From an uncultured Acidobacteriota bacterium (GTDB lineage: Bacteria > Acidobacteriota > Thermoanaerobaculia > Gp7-AA8 > JAHWKK01), in contig CAWHHZ010000008.1 of NCBI GenBank assembly GCA_963829355.1, positions 97,075 to 161,074 on the forward strand: a DNA stretch of 64,000 nt. The letters run 5' to 3'. A model generated the notes under the pieces. That model worked only from the letters and a program-made list of their open reading frames with translations. It was not told where the DNA came from and ran no database searches. How positions within the stretch are numbered: position 1 is the first letter of the stretch; every line of letters begins with the position of its first letter. Positions 1 through 9,678 of the stretch are shown here, one piece after another. The position numbers and the translations under genes were made by a program.

Positions 1-131
1 AAAACATCGCAGCGTGGCGCAGAGTCGATCACTACCGGTCCACTCTGCTGGAGGGCTCGGATCCATGGACACGCCGTTTCGAAGGGCTCCAACCCCTGTC
101 GGAGGCGTATCACTGGGAAAAGTCGAACGGA

Positions 132-914
132 GTGCTGCGAGCGGTCGAGCGCACGGCGTTGATCGATGCGCGGCAGTTGAGTCTCTTCTTTGCCGACAGC
201 GGCGTGTCAGTATTTGTGACCGGCACCGACGATTGGAGAGAACTTTCGATCTATCCCGGCGAAAGCACTCGCGCAACCCCCGAGCAGAAGAGTCTCCTGG
301 CATCACGGACAGACCTCTGGACATCCGCTCTGGCGTCGTACTTCCGGGCTCTCGAGTCGGTGTACGCCTACATGAAAGAGCGTCCGGATCGAGAGGGAGC
401 TCTTTTCACTCACGTCTTTCAGGAGTTCGTATCGGACGATGAGCTCGAGGCCGCGGCGGATCTCTCGGAAACGGAGATGGCTCTCGTCGACGATCTCAGA
501 GCCGCGATGGAAGAGGCCTGGTCGGTGCTGGAGCTCCCCCCGGAGGAGGCGCACTCCCTCAACGAGATCAGCTATCTCGTCCATGATCCCTTTCCATCAG
601 ACGTCGAGATCATCCTCCCGATTGAGCCGTCGCAGGTGGAAGGTTTCGAGCAGGGCGACGGCCGCTACCTCATTCGCAGAACCGGGCTGAAGGAGGCGTT
701 CGGAACACTCGAATCGACCTGGGCCACGCCAGACGTGCTGACCATCTGGATCGATGCCGCCCTCGGGAGCACGAACGTCGAGATCGAATCGGTCATGTCC
801 TCTCCTCGATCAATCGACGTTCCATCGGCCGGCGAGATCGAGACCGCACTCGAAGAGATGCTGAAGCCGCTTCCCGTGTACCGCCTCCGATGGCGCGAGC
901 CGTCGACGCGCTGA
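132..914 (+). CDS. hypothetical protein (acidic, no recognisable domain; N-terminus may lie upstream of window)
   Basis: 260-aa ORF with no antisense competitor of similar length; I recognise no motifs. Not encapsulin-like when compared against the T. maritima shell sequence from memory. Confidence 0.3.
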   Translation: MLRAVERTALIDARQLSLFFADSGVSVFVTGTDDWRELSIYPGESTRATPEQKSLLASRTDLWTSALASYFRALESVYAYMKERPDREGALFTHVFQEFVSDDELEAAADLSETEMALVDDLRAAMEEAWSVLELPPEEAHSLNEISYLVHDPFPSDVEIILPIEPSQVEGFEQGDGRYLIRRTGLKEAFGTLESTWATPDVLTIWIDAALGSTNVEIESVMSSPRSIDVPSAGEIETALEEMLKPLPVYRLRWREPSTR

Positions 915-1017
915 ACCGGGCCGAGTACGACGCACGGAACGCTGACCCGTGACGGCAATCACGGTGCTCATCAATTCCCGGAGGGACCATTCAGACTGAA
1001 CACTGGAGGATCCTTCC

Positions 1018-1308
1018 ATGGCTGATGAACGTCACGAACCGGCACAGGAGTTATCCGAGAAGACCAGAGATCTGCACCGCGCGATCCGGTCGATCATCGA
1101 GGAGCTCGAGGCGGTAGACTGGTATAACCAGAGGATCGACGCTTCCTCGGATGATGAGCTGAAGGCGATTCTCGTCCACAACCGGGACGAGGAAAAAGAG
1201 CACGCTGCCATGCTTCTCGAGTGGCTCCGCCGGCGCGACGGCAAACTCGACGAGGAACTGCGCGACTATCTCTTCACCGAGGGATCGATCGTCGATCTGG
1301 AGGGCTAG
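1018..1308 (+). CDS. encapsulated-ferritin-like protein (EncFtn family), orphan
   Basis: The 96-aa protein 'HRAIRSIIEELEAVDWYNQRIDAS...ILVHNRDEEKEHAAMLLEWLRRRDGKLDEELRDYLFTEG' is near-identical in motif order to Rhodospirillum rubrum EncFtn ('HRAIVSVMEELEAVDWYDQRVDAS...ILAHNRDEEKEHAAMTLEWLRR...YLFTEG'). The ExxH ferroxidase residues are present. The protein ends right after 'TEGSIVDLEG', with no C-terminal targeting-peptide extension. Confidence 0.75.
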   Translation: MADERHEPAQELSEKTRDLHRAIRSIIEELEAVDWYNQRIDASSDDELKAILVHNRDEEKEHAAMLLEWLRRRDGKLDEELRDYLFTEGSIVDLEG

Positions 1309-2492
1309 CCCTCCCTGAGCCCGGTGTCCCATTCAGTTGGGGCGGTGATGAAAGAACGGTCGAGGTCGCGGACCGAGGCACATCCGAGGAGCTTCATGGT
1401 ACGCGTGATGTCGGTGCGCAGGATATCGATCGCCCGTGTCACGCCCGCCACTCCCGCCGCACCGAGTCCGTAGGCGTATGCGCGCCCGATCAGGACGGCT
1501 TGCGCACCGAGGCAGAGCGCCTTCACGACATCGCTGCCGCGCCGGATTCCGCCGTCGACGAGCACCTCGATCCTTCCATCCACGGCGGCAACGATCTCCG
1601 GCAGAATCCGCAGCGTTGGTGCAACCCCATCGAGTTGACGACCACCATGATTGGAGACGACGACGGCGGAGGCGCCGTGCTCGATCGCGCGCCGTGCGTC
1701 GTCAGCCGAGTGAGCTCCCTTCGCGATGATCGGACCCTGCCAGGCCTCTCGAATCCACTCGAAGTCATCCCATGAGACCATCGCCGATTCGAGCGCGGCG
1801 GAGACGTCCGCATACGGCATCGGACCATCCTCGAGCTCGATGTTGGGGAAGCTCATCAGACCGCCGTCCGCCAGAAACGAGGCGAGCCAGCGCGGACGTG
1901 CGAGGAACTGAGAAACGTGCGGGAGCATCGTGAACGGCGCTCCCGACACGAGCTCTCTCACTCCGTTGCGGATGTCGCGCTCACGCATCCCCGCGACGGG
2001 AGTATCGATCGTGACGACGAGCGCCGTGCAGCCGCACGCTTTCGCGCGCTCGATCGCGGCGCAGGCGACATCACGACCGCCAATGATGTAGAGCTGATAC
2101 CAGAGAGGTCCGCGAGTCGCCGCCTTCACGTCTCGCACAGCGCATCCGGAGAGCGTCGAGAGAGTGTAGATCGTGCCCGCCTCGCCTGCCACTCGTGCCG
2201 CGACCTCCTCACCTCGGGGATAGAACATCCTCGAACTGCCGACGGGCGCAAGGATGATGGGAATCTCGATATCGGTGCCGATCACGCTCGTACCGAGGTC
2301 GCAACTCTCCGTCGCGACGGCTGAGCGCGGGCGGAACATGACGTCATCGAAGACGCGGGAGTTCTCCCGCATCGTCCACTCTGCATCCGCGCCACCATCG
2401 ATGTAATCAAACACTGCGCGAGGAAGACGCTTCTTCGCAAGGCGTCTCAAATCCGCGATGTTGACTGCGTGGGTGCTGTCGATCCGGGCCAT
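1305..2492 (-). CDS. FMN-dependent alpha-hydroxy acid dehydrogenase (L-lactate dehydrogenase / glycolate oxidase family)
   Basis: 395 aa. Shows the family hallmarks 'RLPRAVFDYIDGGA', 'ILAPVG', 'LSTLS', 'NHGGRQLDG' and a C-terminal TIM-barrel FMN-binding region. Confidence 0.8.
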   Translation of the reverse strand: MARIDSTHAVNIADLRRLAKKRLPRAVFDYIDGGADAEWTMRENSRVFDDVMFRPRSAVATESCDLGTSVIGTDIEIPIILAPVGSSRMFYPRGEEVAARVAGEAGTIYTLSTLSGCAVRDVKAATRGPLWYQLYIIGGRDVACAAIERAKACGCTALVVTIDTPVAGMRERDIRNGVRELVSGAPFTMLPHVSQFLARPRWLASFLADGGLMSFPNIELEDGPMPYADVSAALESAMVSWDDFEWIREAWQGPIIAKGAHSADDARRAIEHGASAVVVSNHGGRQLDGVAPTLRILPEIVAAVDGRIEVLVDGGIRRGSDVVKALCLGAQAVLIGRAYAYGLGAAGVAGVTRAIDILRTDITRTMKLLGCASVRDLDRSFITAPTEWDTGLREG

Positions 2493-2668
2493 GTGCCGCG
2501 TGTTTTCCCTGAAGTGATTCTAACGGCATCGTGCCGATCTCGAGAATGTGACGTCGCAGCGGAGGCGACGGTACACCGAGCCCGGAGGTGAGCGTTCAAT
2601 TGACGGCGTCCGGAAGGTCGGACGATAATCGGCGATCCACAATATGTGCTCCAAACCAGGAGGTTTCG

Positions 2669-3586
2669 ATGAGATCCGTCCGTGTGTCGTGTCTGTCCCT
2701 GCTCATTGTTCTCATGGCTACCCTGGGCGTCGTGGGTGCTGACGCCGAAGAGTGTGGGTGGCTGCCGGTCGAACGGTTGAACGAAGCGTTCCCCGATCAG
2801 GCGCCATGGTCGACGATGGTCGGCGGCTCGATCGGCTCATGCAAGTTTCTCGGGAGCGGCTTGCCTCACCTCTTCTCCGCGACTCAGATCGTGAAGGCGA
2901 CGCCGAAAGAAGCTGAGGAGTACGTCAGCGCTCTGCGTGAGGGCATGAAGGAGAATTACGAGGTGACCGCAGCGCCGGAGCTCGGTGAGCTCGCCTTCCG
3001 CTACCGACCGCGCCCGGAGGTCGATGACAGCGGGCGTGCCGTCTTCTTCGTCGGACATCGAGACAGGGTCGTCGTGATGTCGTCGCTCAATTTCCAGAAG
3101 GCGATCACGGAGGAGCAGATGGTCGCGGCGCAGCCTCTCATTCACGCCGCACTCGCTCTGGCTGATGACGAGAAGGCGATCGAAGCCGCGACGAGTTGCC
3201 CCTGGTTCGACGAGACGGTTCTCGATGAGCTGTTCGGCGGTGCTTCCTACAGTGAGAATGTCTTCGGCGAAACGAGTTGTATGGCGAACGTCGACACGCG
3301 CGTGCTCATGGTCAAGATCCTCGAGACGGATAATCCCGCGGGGCTCATTGAATCGATGAGCAGCCTTGCAGGGGGTTCGTGCACGAGCGAGAGGTTGCCA
3401 GGCCTGGCCGGAGCGGCGGTGCTGGAGTATGCCTGCTCGAGCGGTAATCCACGAGCATCGGTGCGGCTGGCTGCCGGTGCCGCGATGATCGAATACACCT
3501 TCGCTCCCGGAGAGGAACCGACAGCTGAGGAGCGGGCTCTTCTGATCGAGCTGGCGCGGCATGCTCTGAAACGCGCCGGCGGCTGA
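2669..3586 (+). CDS. secreted hypothetical protein (Cys-containing)
   Basis: ORF 2588..3586. The likely start is the internal Met, which gives the signal peptide 'MRSVRVSCLSLLIVLMATLGVVGADA'. No recognisable domain. Confidence 0.4.
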   Translation: MRSVRVSCLSLLIVLMATLGVVGADAEECGWLPVERLNEAFPDQAPWSTMVGGSIGSCKFLGSGLPHLFSATQIVKATPKEAEEYVSALREGMKENYEVTAAPELGELAFRYRPRPEVDDSGRAVFFVGHRDRVVVMSSLNFQKAITEEQMVAAQPLIHAALALADDEKAIEAATSCPWFDETVLDELFGGASYSENVFGETSCMANVDTRVLMVKILETDNPAGLIESMSSLAGGSCTSERLPGLAGAAVLEYACSSGNPRASVRLAAGAAMIEYTFAPGEEPTAEERALLIELARHALKRAGG

Positions 3587-3742
3587 AGCTGCGGGAGCGG
3601 ATACCGCAGCTTGCCAGAGATCATGCGCCAGTCACTGCCCGGTCGCACGAAGATCCTCTCATCTCCGGTGACGGATGAGGCGCCCGCGCACTCCGGCGAG
3701 AAACGTGAGGTAGTAGCCGAGAACGATTCCACCGTGTTCAGC

Positions 3743-3811
3743 GACAATTAGACCTGCGGGCCAACGACAACTAGAACTGCGGGTCAACGACAATTAGATC
3801 TGCGGGGTCGG
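3743..3811. repeat. 3 tandem 23-bp repeats (GACAATTAGACCTGCGGGCCAAC-like); possible IS21-type multiple terminal repeats
   Basis: Direct reading gives gacaattagacctgcgggccaac / gacaactagaactgcgggtcaac / gacaattagatctgcggggtcgg, head to tail. They lie about 60 bp upstream of a truncated transposase-like HTH ORF. Confidence 0.8.
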
Positions 3812-3869
3812 ATCTCCACAGAACGACGCCGGGGTGATCGCGTAGAGTCCCCTCTCCGAAGGGAGGGCG

Positions 3870-4031
3870 ATGAAGTCACGCCGGCAAGTGGAGACACTGA
3901 TGAAAGAGTTGAGTGAGGGAGCGACGCTGGAGAGAGCGGCGCTGCGAGCGGACATGAGCGAGAACACGGCTCGCCGCTACCGTAATGGAGCCCCACCGCA
4001 GGGATCGCGGCCGGTGGAACGGGCGGGTTAG
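3870..4031 (+). pseudogene. IS21-family istA-like transposase fragment (N-terminal HTH only, 53 codons)
   Basis: ORF 'MKSRRQVETLMKELSEGATLERAALRADMSENTARRYRNGAPPQGSRPVERAG' fits the pattern of IS21 IstA N-terminal HTHs ('..G.si..IA...g.sE.TvrRYl...pPp'). It then terminates. It is preceded by the 3x23-bp tandem repeats, which would fit an IS21 left end. Confidence 0.4.
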
Positions 4032-4038
4032 GAGCCGG

Positions 4039-4272
4039 CTACTTAGTCGCGGATTTCTTTTCGGGAAGGGCCGAGATGACTGAGCGGAGGAACGTGTTTA
4101 CCGACTCGGCCGAATCGAAGACTTCCGCCACGTCGGGATCCAAGACCACTGCGACGGAGCCCTTCTCGAACTCCGCAGCGAAGCGGTTCGGTTTCGACTT
4201 CGAGTAGTCAAAGTCGTACTCATCGCGTATCTCGTCGGATCGTTCAGCGTTCCTCGTATCTTCGTCGCTCAT
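4039..4272 (-). CDS. brnA: BrnA antitoxin (RHH-type, BrnT/BrnA system)
   Basis: 77 aa with '...YDFDYSKSKPNRFA...GSVAVVLDPDVAEVFDSAESVNTFLRSV', typical of BrnA. ATGA start/stop overlap with upstream brnT. Confidence 0.7.
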   Translation of the reverse strand: MSDEDTRNAERSDEIRDEYDFDYSKSKPNRFAAEFEKGSVAVVLDPDVAEVFDSAESVNTFLRSVISALPEKKSATK

Positions 4273-4514
4273 GAGCAGTCACTTCTCTGGTTGAAAACAG
4301 CCGAATGCTGTTGGTTCTTTCCGTGAAGCATACCCGCAGGAGGCGTCCGCCTCGAATGACCGACGATGATCTCTCGCGACTCGCCCTCGGAATGATCGGG
4401 ATCATGATGAATGCGGGCGAGAGAATCGCCGAAAACAGTCAACGCCTCGGCGAAGGTTACTGAATGATCCCTGAGGTTCAGCGCCGCCTTTCCCGGATCC
4501 CACGTAAATTTCAC
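4269..4514 (-). pseudogene. brnT: BrnT toxin (DUF497), disrupted by a 1-nt frameshift
   Basis: The N-terminus 'MKFTWDPGKAALNLRDHSVTFAEALTVFGDSLARIHHDPDHSEGESREIIVG' matches BrnT. The conserved C-terminus ('GRLLRVCFTERTNSIRLFSTREVTAHERRRYEER') is readable only in the +1 frame from about codon 53. GTG start. Confidence 0.65.
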
Positions 4515-4558
4515 GCGGCGAGTCTACCTCGGAGAAACTGGAGCCCCTGACGGTAGAG

Positions 4559-4657
4559 CTGAGCCGCCAGCGCACGCCTCAGCAATGGTGCAAGATTGAG
4601 CAGTGGCAGCGCGTGCGCTGGCCGGCTCGAGCGACTTGTTATGCGGCCGTAGTTCAG
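4559..4657. repeat. 98-bp direct repeat copy 1 flanking hicAB; contains a 17-bp-stem hairpin (GAGCCGCCAGCGCACGC ... GCGTGCGCTGGCCGGCTC)
   Basis: About 93% identical to 5150..5248 over about 98 nt. The internal inverted repeat is read directly from the sequence. Confidence 0.85.
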
Positions 4658-4869
4658 ACCGCGATCCGCTCGACGGTAGACTGAGGCTCCGGAATTGGAT
4701 CTCCGTCCTCGCGAAGGCCTTCGAGGTGAAATTCGATCGCCTCGCGGATCAACTGGAGAGTTTCTTCGCGGGTCTCACCGACCGCAACGCAGCCGGGAAG
4801 ATCCGGTACGTAGGCGCCGAATCCTGTTTCGCTCGGCTCGACAATGACCACGTATTCCATTTCGATCAC
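4654..4869 (-). CDS. hicB: HicB-family antitoxin (UPF0150)
   Basis: 71 aa with 'YVVIVEPSETGFGAYVPDLPGCVAVGETREETLQLIREAIEFHLEGLREDGDPIPEP', the HicB N-terminal-domain signature. Confidence 0.7.
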   Translation of the reverse strand: MIEMEYVVIVEPSETGFGAYVPDLPGCVAVGETREETLQLIREAIEFHLEGLREDGDPIPEPQSTVERIAV

Positions 4870-5138
4870 CTCTTCTTCAGCCCCGCCTGCTTCAAAATGC
4901 TGTTCAGCGTCCCTGGCGGAACATCGAGACTTTCTTTCCCTGCCACTGTAACCGTTCCCGGCTTGGTGGAATGCCTGAACTGACGATGGCTTCCTCTGGT
5001 TCTAGCCCGTACACGAACCAGCGCCGAGGCGGCGGAGAGTCGTGCGGTTCCAGGCGCGCGAAGGCCTCCGTCATGATTTCTCGAACCTTCAACTCGAGGA
5101 AAGATACCAGCTTCGAGGCCAGCGTGCAGCAGGCGCAT
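4866..5138 (-). CDS. hicA: HicA-family mRNA interferase toxin (true start probably internal, giving about 60 aa)
   Basis: The C-terminal 50 aa 'RTRGSHRQFRHSTKPGTVTVAGKESLDVPPGTLNSILKQAGL' match HicA ('GSHHQFKHP.KPG.VTVPHPKKDLP.GT..SILKQAGL'). Classic hicA-then-hicB order with a 4-nt overlap. Confidence 0.65.
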   Translation of the reverse strand: MRLLHAGLEAGIFPRVEGSRNHDGGLRAPGTARLSAASALVRVRARTRGSHRQFRHSTKPGTVTVAGKESLDVPPGTLNSILKQAGLKKR

Positions 5139-5149
5139 AACGGTCGTGG

Positions 5150-5248
5150 CTGAGCCGCCAGCGCACGCCCCAGCAATGGTTCAAGATTGAGCAGTGGTAG
5201 CGCGTGCGCTGGTCGGCTCGAGCCACTTTGTTATGCGTCGTTGTTCAG
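5150..5248. repeat. 98-bp direct repeat copy 2 flanking hicAB
   Basis: See copy 1 (4559..4657). Confidence 0.85.
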
Positions 5249-5689
5249 CGCCGGCTGAAACTCGACGACAGCATCATCTCAGATTCGACGGGGATGTTCC
5301 CATTAGATGCAGGCTCGAACCGCCACCGTTTGAGCGCCTTCATAGCCTTGGCTCATTCGTCGTCTTCTCTGTCCGACAGATCGTGTCGGTACAGACGACG
5401 ACAAACCCGTCTCGCGGCCGCTGTGCTGTCGGCCGGACTGTGCACCGCAAGAGGGGCGGTTCAGGACGTGGCACACCATCGTAGTCTTCACGTCCTCGCG
5501 CGGGCCACTGGAACGGGATGACCTGTGAAAGAGCTCAAATATAGGTTTTCGGATGCCTTCGACCGCTAGGGAGAACTTCTGGTCCTTTCGCTGCAACGTC
5601 CTGGCCGTCTCCAGCATCTGGAAACGGCTGGGAGTGAAGATCGAAATCACTGCGACCTCGGGGACCAGGTCCTACGGTATCTATGCCTC

Positions 5690-7169
5690 TCAATGTCGCG
5701 CAGGACGCTGCCTGGCACCTCGCTCGTCCAGGACGAGTGTCGGCGTACCGATCGGGAGGATCTGCAGCGACTTCAGAAATTCGATCACGTCGTCCTGCTG
5801 GCTCGGGTCGAGATCGACGAAAGCATCTCTCGAGTCACGGGCATCTCCCCCGTGAAAGAGGATGGCATCAGTCAGCGTCGTCAGATCGCCTCGGTGTCCG
5901 TACGGGGCACTGCTGCCTGCGTCCCACAGCTTTCGGGTCAAAAACTCCTCGAGTGGGACCCCGCCCTGCATCACCTGTTCGTTGCAGAAGTGAGTCAGCT
6001 CATCGTCACACAGATTGTGTCGCTTCAGGTCCGTATACGCACGCACACGCGCCTTTCCGTCCGGCATCCTCTCGAGTCGCGGCAACTCACCCTCGCTCGT
6101 CAGGTCGAACGCGATCAACGCGTCCACGTCCTCGGGTCGCAGGTTTCCGGGAGGGTTGTACGGATTCGGTTCGCTGAACACTGGAGTGTCGAGCACCATC
6201 TCGGGGACGTGACAACTGCCGCACGAGATGCGCTCAAAGGTACTCTCGCCACGGATGATCGCCTCGGCTCGCAGCCGGTCATCCGGAATGAACTGCCCCG
6301 GTACGTTCATCGACGCCTGAAAGATCGTTGCGGCGGTGATGTCCCCCACCGTCAGCTCGTCGTAGACCCCATCCTGATCGAAGTCGTCCGTAGCGGTGCG
6401 CTGCGCCCCGAAGCGCTCCACCGCCTGCATACCGTGATGATGGTTGTACGCGTTATTGCTGAATTCTCGAATCGAAACGACCACACCCTTCTGGTGAAAT
6501 GGTCGGACGATCAGGTCCGTGTTCACACCTTCCACGGCGGTCGTGTCGACAGTTCCGTCAGGATATGCCGTGATCGATCCGAACGACACGCCCTTCGGCA
6601 TCAGTTCACTCGGTCACGGCTGTGCCGGTCTGTTTCGATTCCGCAAGCGCATTCTCACGGATCGCGATCATCTCGGTCGTCATCTCTCTCGCGAGCATCT
6701 CGATCGCGCCACTGCCCTGCATGCCGAGGGTGTTGCGCTCGTCGGAAAACTCCGGGCTCACCGACTCTGTGATGGGATCGAGGGTCTGCGCCAGAACGAA
6801 CACGTTCGCCACGATGTCGCCAGCTCCGCCGGCCACTGGATCGTTGTGGCATCCGGCGCAGGAGTTGGCTTCGGGTGCCGATGTCCGAATGAAGGCAGGT
6901 GCACTGCCAGGCAGACGCGCCAGTCCACCCCCCGTCGTTCCTGGCCGGCCCTGCCCATCGAACCGATTGAACTTGGCCACGAAGAGCGCCTTGCCAGCCT
7001 CCATCATCGAGCGGAGATTCAACGCTCCCGATTCGAGCTCACGCTGGTCCAGGTGCTCCTCAATCACTGGACCATCACCGATACTCGCCCCAAACAGCGA
7101 CAGCCCCGTTCCGATGAAGGCGATCAACACAAAACACACGACCAGCCTCTGCGTTCCCACAATACGCAC
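5690..7169 (-). pseudogene. di-heme cytochrome c / thiol oxidoreductase-like protein (DUF1111 family), split by a frameshift near 6602-6605
   Basis: N-terminal ORF 6606..7169 has a signal peptide and the first CxxCH ('CAGCH'). C-terminal ORF 5690..6601 has the second ('CGSCH') and is in a different frame 4 nt downstream. Together they make one roughly 490-aa DUF1111-type protein. Confidence 0.6.
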
Positions 7170-7533
7170 AATTCCCCCTCGATTGATGGATGATTTTCCG
7201 GACGACCGAGGCGGCAGTATAGCAGCAGCGATGACGGGCTCGACATGAGACCCAAACAGACGGACGCAGAATGAGAACCGAGGTGTCTCGTTGTCCTCTC
7301 AGATCAGCCAGAAGGAGACGGCGATCAATATCACTGCCGAGAGGCAGCCGATCGGAATGGGGATGCATCCGACACACCCGCGAACCTTCACTCGTTCCCC
7401 TTGATTCGGATTCATGCTTCGCTGCCATTGCAACGAGAGGGCCTCCGCCGGTGACTGTTCCATCTTCTCGAATCTCGTGATCTCATGAACGCAACGACTG
7501 CAGCATCCATGGTCGCCAACCGGGGAGAAGCGC

Positions 7534-9678
7534 GTGAGAGATTCGATCAAAGTGAGGCGCCGCTTATTGATTGTCGCCGGACTGCTCTCGATGACAGTCG
7601 CCATTGAGGCACAACCGCAGGCGGGGTCGGTCGATGCGGTCGTGAAGGCGAATCCCGATGCTGCTCCTTCAGTCGTCGTAACACTATCCCGAGACTGCCA
7701 CGAGCGCGCATCGTGCCGCCTGCTGTCGACCGCAAGCCACCATCCCGCTATTCTGCGACGCGCCTCAGACGTTCGTTACCGGGTTCAGGAATCGGAAGAT
7801 CCACAGACCACTATCGCCGTGCATGATCCGAGTGGCGAGCTGATCGCCAGTTGGAAAGGCGATCAGGATCCGGAATCGCTGCGCCGCATCTGGAACATGA
7901 TCGAGAACGCCCGCGAGTATCTCGTGGCGGCTGGTCGGAGTGCTCTGGAAGGCGACGTTGAGAAAGCGCTGCAACAGAGAGCTCTTGCATCATTCATGTT
8001 GGGAAATCTCGAGGCGGGCGAAGCTCGCTTGCAGCAGATGCTGCAAGGCTCACCCGAAAGCCGCCAGATCGCGTCGATATGGTCAATGCGTCTTGGGCTG
8101 CGGGAGGGCACCACACCAGATGAAGCCTTCCTGCTCGACCTAATCGAACGTGCCGAGACTGATTACGTCCGCTTCGAGTCGTGGATGCTCCTCGGCGAGC
8201 AGAGAGCTCGCGATGAACGGAACGAAGCCGCCATCGATGCGTTCCGTCAGGCCATGAAAACCGCCGGCACCGATGACGAGCGGAAGGTGGCGTGGCGTTC
8301 CCTCAGTGAGCTGACCGGCAGCAGCGGGTCCGTCGGCGGCCTGGGAGCATCGGGGAGTCTGATCGCGGGACAGCGCATCGTGCATTCCAGGTGGACCGGC
8401 AGCGACATCGAGTCAGTCACATATCGGCTGGATGGTCGCGACGTTGCGCGGGCCGAGACCGTACCGTATGTGGCTTCGATCGACTTTGGCCCTCTTCCGG
8501 AGCGACATGTCCTCGAAGTGTCAGCGCTCGATCCCAGAGGCAGCCAGGTCCGGAGCGAACAGCTCATCATCAATGGCTCGAGCCACGACCCTTCGATCCG
8601 CATGACCGTCTCCGCGGAGCAACCCGGCACCGATCTGTTCGAGGTCTCGCTCGTGGTCCGGATACCGGAGGACAGAACCGGCACTGTGCTTCTCGAGCTG
8701 GATGGACGCGTCATCCAGAAGTTCGACGCGCCTCCCTATATCACCAGGATCGGGGCTGACAGAAGCGGACCGGCCGTCCTGCGAGCCATTCTTCGACTGG
8801 AAGACGGCTCGGAGACCGAGGATGTGCGCCTCCTCAATGTCGAAACTCTCTCGATGCGCAGCGACGTACATCGCGTTGAAGTTCCCGTCTACTCGGATTC
8901 GCAGATCCGGGCCGATGAGCTGGTGGTGCTGGAGAACGGTCGCTCCAGACCGGTAAAGCGGCTGATCGCCGCGGGCGAATCACCTTTGATCGTCAGTCTT
9001 CTCATCGATGCTTCTTCCAGCGTGGCCGGAAACGTCCTCGATCTCGAGGAGGCCGCTCTGAGCTTCGTCGACTCACTCAATCCCGAGGATCAGGTGATGG
9101 TGGTTTCCTTCAACACGAATGCGCGAATCACGTTGTGGCCAACGAGCGATCGTATGAAGATCCGCCATGCAATCTGGAGCCTCCGAGCCGGAGGTCTGAC
9201 CGCTGTGAACGACGCGATCATTTCCTCACTGCTTCACATGCAGCCGACCGGGTCGAGGCGTGCCATCCTGGTGATTACGGATGGACACGACACCGCCAGT
9301 CTCTTCTCTTTTCACGAGATCGCAACCGTCGGCGAACGGTATGCCACACCCATCTATGCGGCAATCATGAATCCTCAGATTCCTGCGGGTCCACGAAAAC
9401 ATCGGATGCCTCGATCATCACCCGTGGTCGCCGCCCAGAATCAACTTTCTAGAATCGCAAGAAGATCCGGCGGTGCCGCACTGCAGCTCTGGTCCCCCTC
9501 TGACCTCTCGTCCCTCTCCCGAAAAATCAGCGATGATCTGGCAAAGCAGCATCTGCTCGTTTACGAGCCTGCTACAACGGGTCCATCCCTTCGATCGCTC
9601 GAGGTCTCCCTGAACACTGGCAAACGCCTTCGCGCACCCGAAGTTGTCACCTTCTCTCGGGAGGGGGCGGAAGAGTAA
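7534..9678 (+). CDS. secreted VWA-domain protein with N-terminal TPR-like region
   Basis: 714 aa with a signal peptide. The C-terminal VWA domain has the MIDAS motif 'LLIDASSSVAG...NDAIISSL...ILVITDGHD'. Confidence 0.6.
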   Translation: MRDSIKVRRRLLIVAGLLSMTVAIEAQPQAGSVDAVVKANPDAAPSVVVTLSRDCHERASCRLLSTASHHPAILRRASDVRYRVQESEDPQTTIAVHDPSGELIASWKGDQDPESLRRIWNMIENAREYLVAAGRSALEGDVEKALQQRALASFMLGNLEAGEARLQQMLQGSPESRQIASIWSMRLGLREGTTPDEAFLLDLIERAETDYVRFESWMLLGEQRARDERNEAAIDAFRQAMKTAGTDDERKVAWRSLSELTGSSGSVGGLGASGSLIAGQRIVHSRWTGSDIESVTYRLDGRDVARAETVPYVASIDFGPLPERHVLEVSALDPRGSQVRSEQLIINGSSHDPSIRMTVSAEQPGTDLFEVSLVVRIPEDRTGTVLLELDGRVIQKFDAPPYITRIGADRSGPAVLRAILRLEDGSETEDVRLLNVETLSMRSDVHRVEVPVYSDSQIRADELVVLENGRSRPVKRLIAAGESPLIVSLLIDASSSVAGNVLDLEEAALSFVDSLNPEDQVMVVSFNTNARITLWPTSDRMKIRHAIWSLRAGGLTAVNDAIISSLLHMQPTGSRRAILVITDGHDTASLFSFHEIATVGERYATPIYAAIMNPQIPAGPRKHRMPRSSPVVAAQNQLSRIARRSGGAALQLWSPSDLSSLSRKISDDLAKQHLLVYEPATTGPSLRSLEVSLNTGKRLRAPEVVTFSREGAEE

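Noticed and set aside
132-914. Whether the 260-aa gene upstream of EncFtn could be the encapsulin shell
   Set aside because: It shows no resemblance to family-1 encapsulin sequences (for example T. maritima) as I recall them. It is acidic and low in the conserved HK97-fold motifs. Canonical operons also place EncFtn upstream of the shell, not downstream.
4559-5248. Integron attC sites flanking the hicAB cassette
   Set aside because: The repeats are hairpin-containing but lack recognisable R''/R' core sites (RYYYAAC / GTTRRRY). No intI gene is visible in the window. They are kept only as structured direct repeats.
7299-7604. 101-aa minus-strand ORF (C-terminal TM, CxxC) upstream of the DUF1111 gene
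   Set aside because: There is no recognisable family. It overlaps the start of the plus-strand VWA gene at 7534. It could be a small membrane protein but evidence is insufficient.
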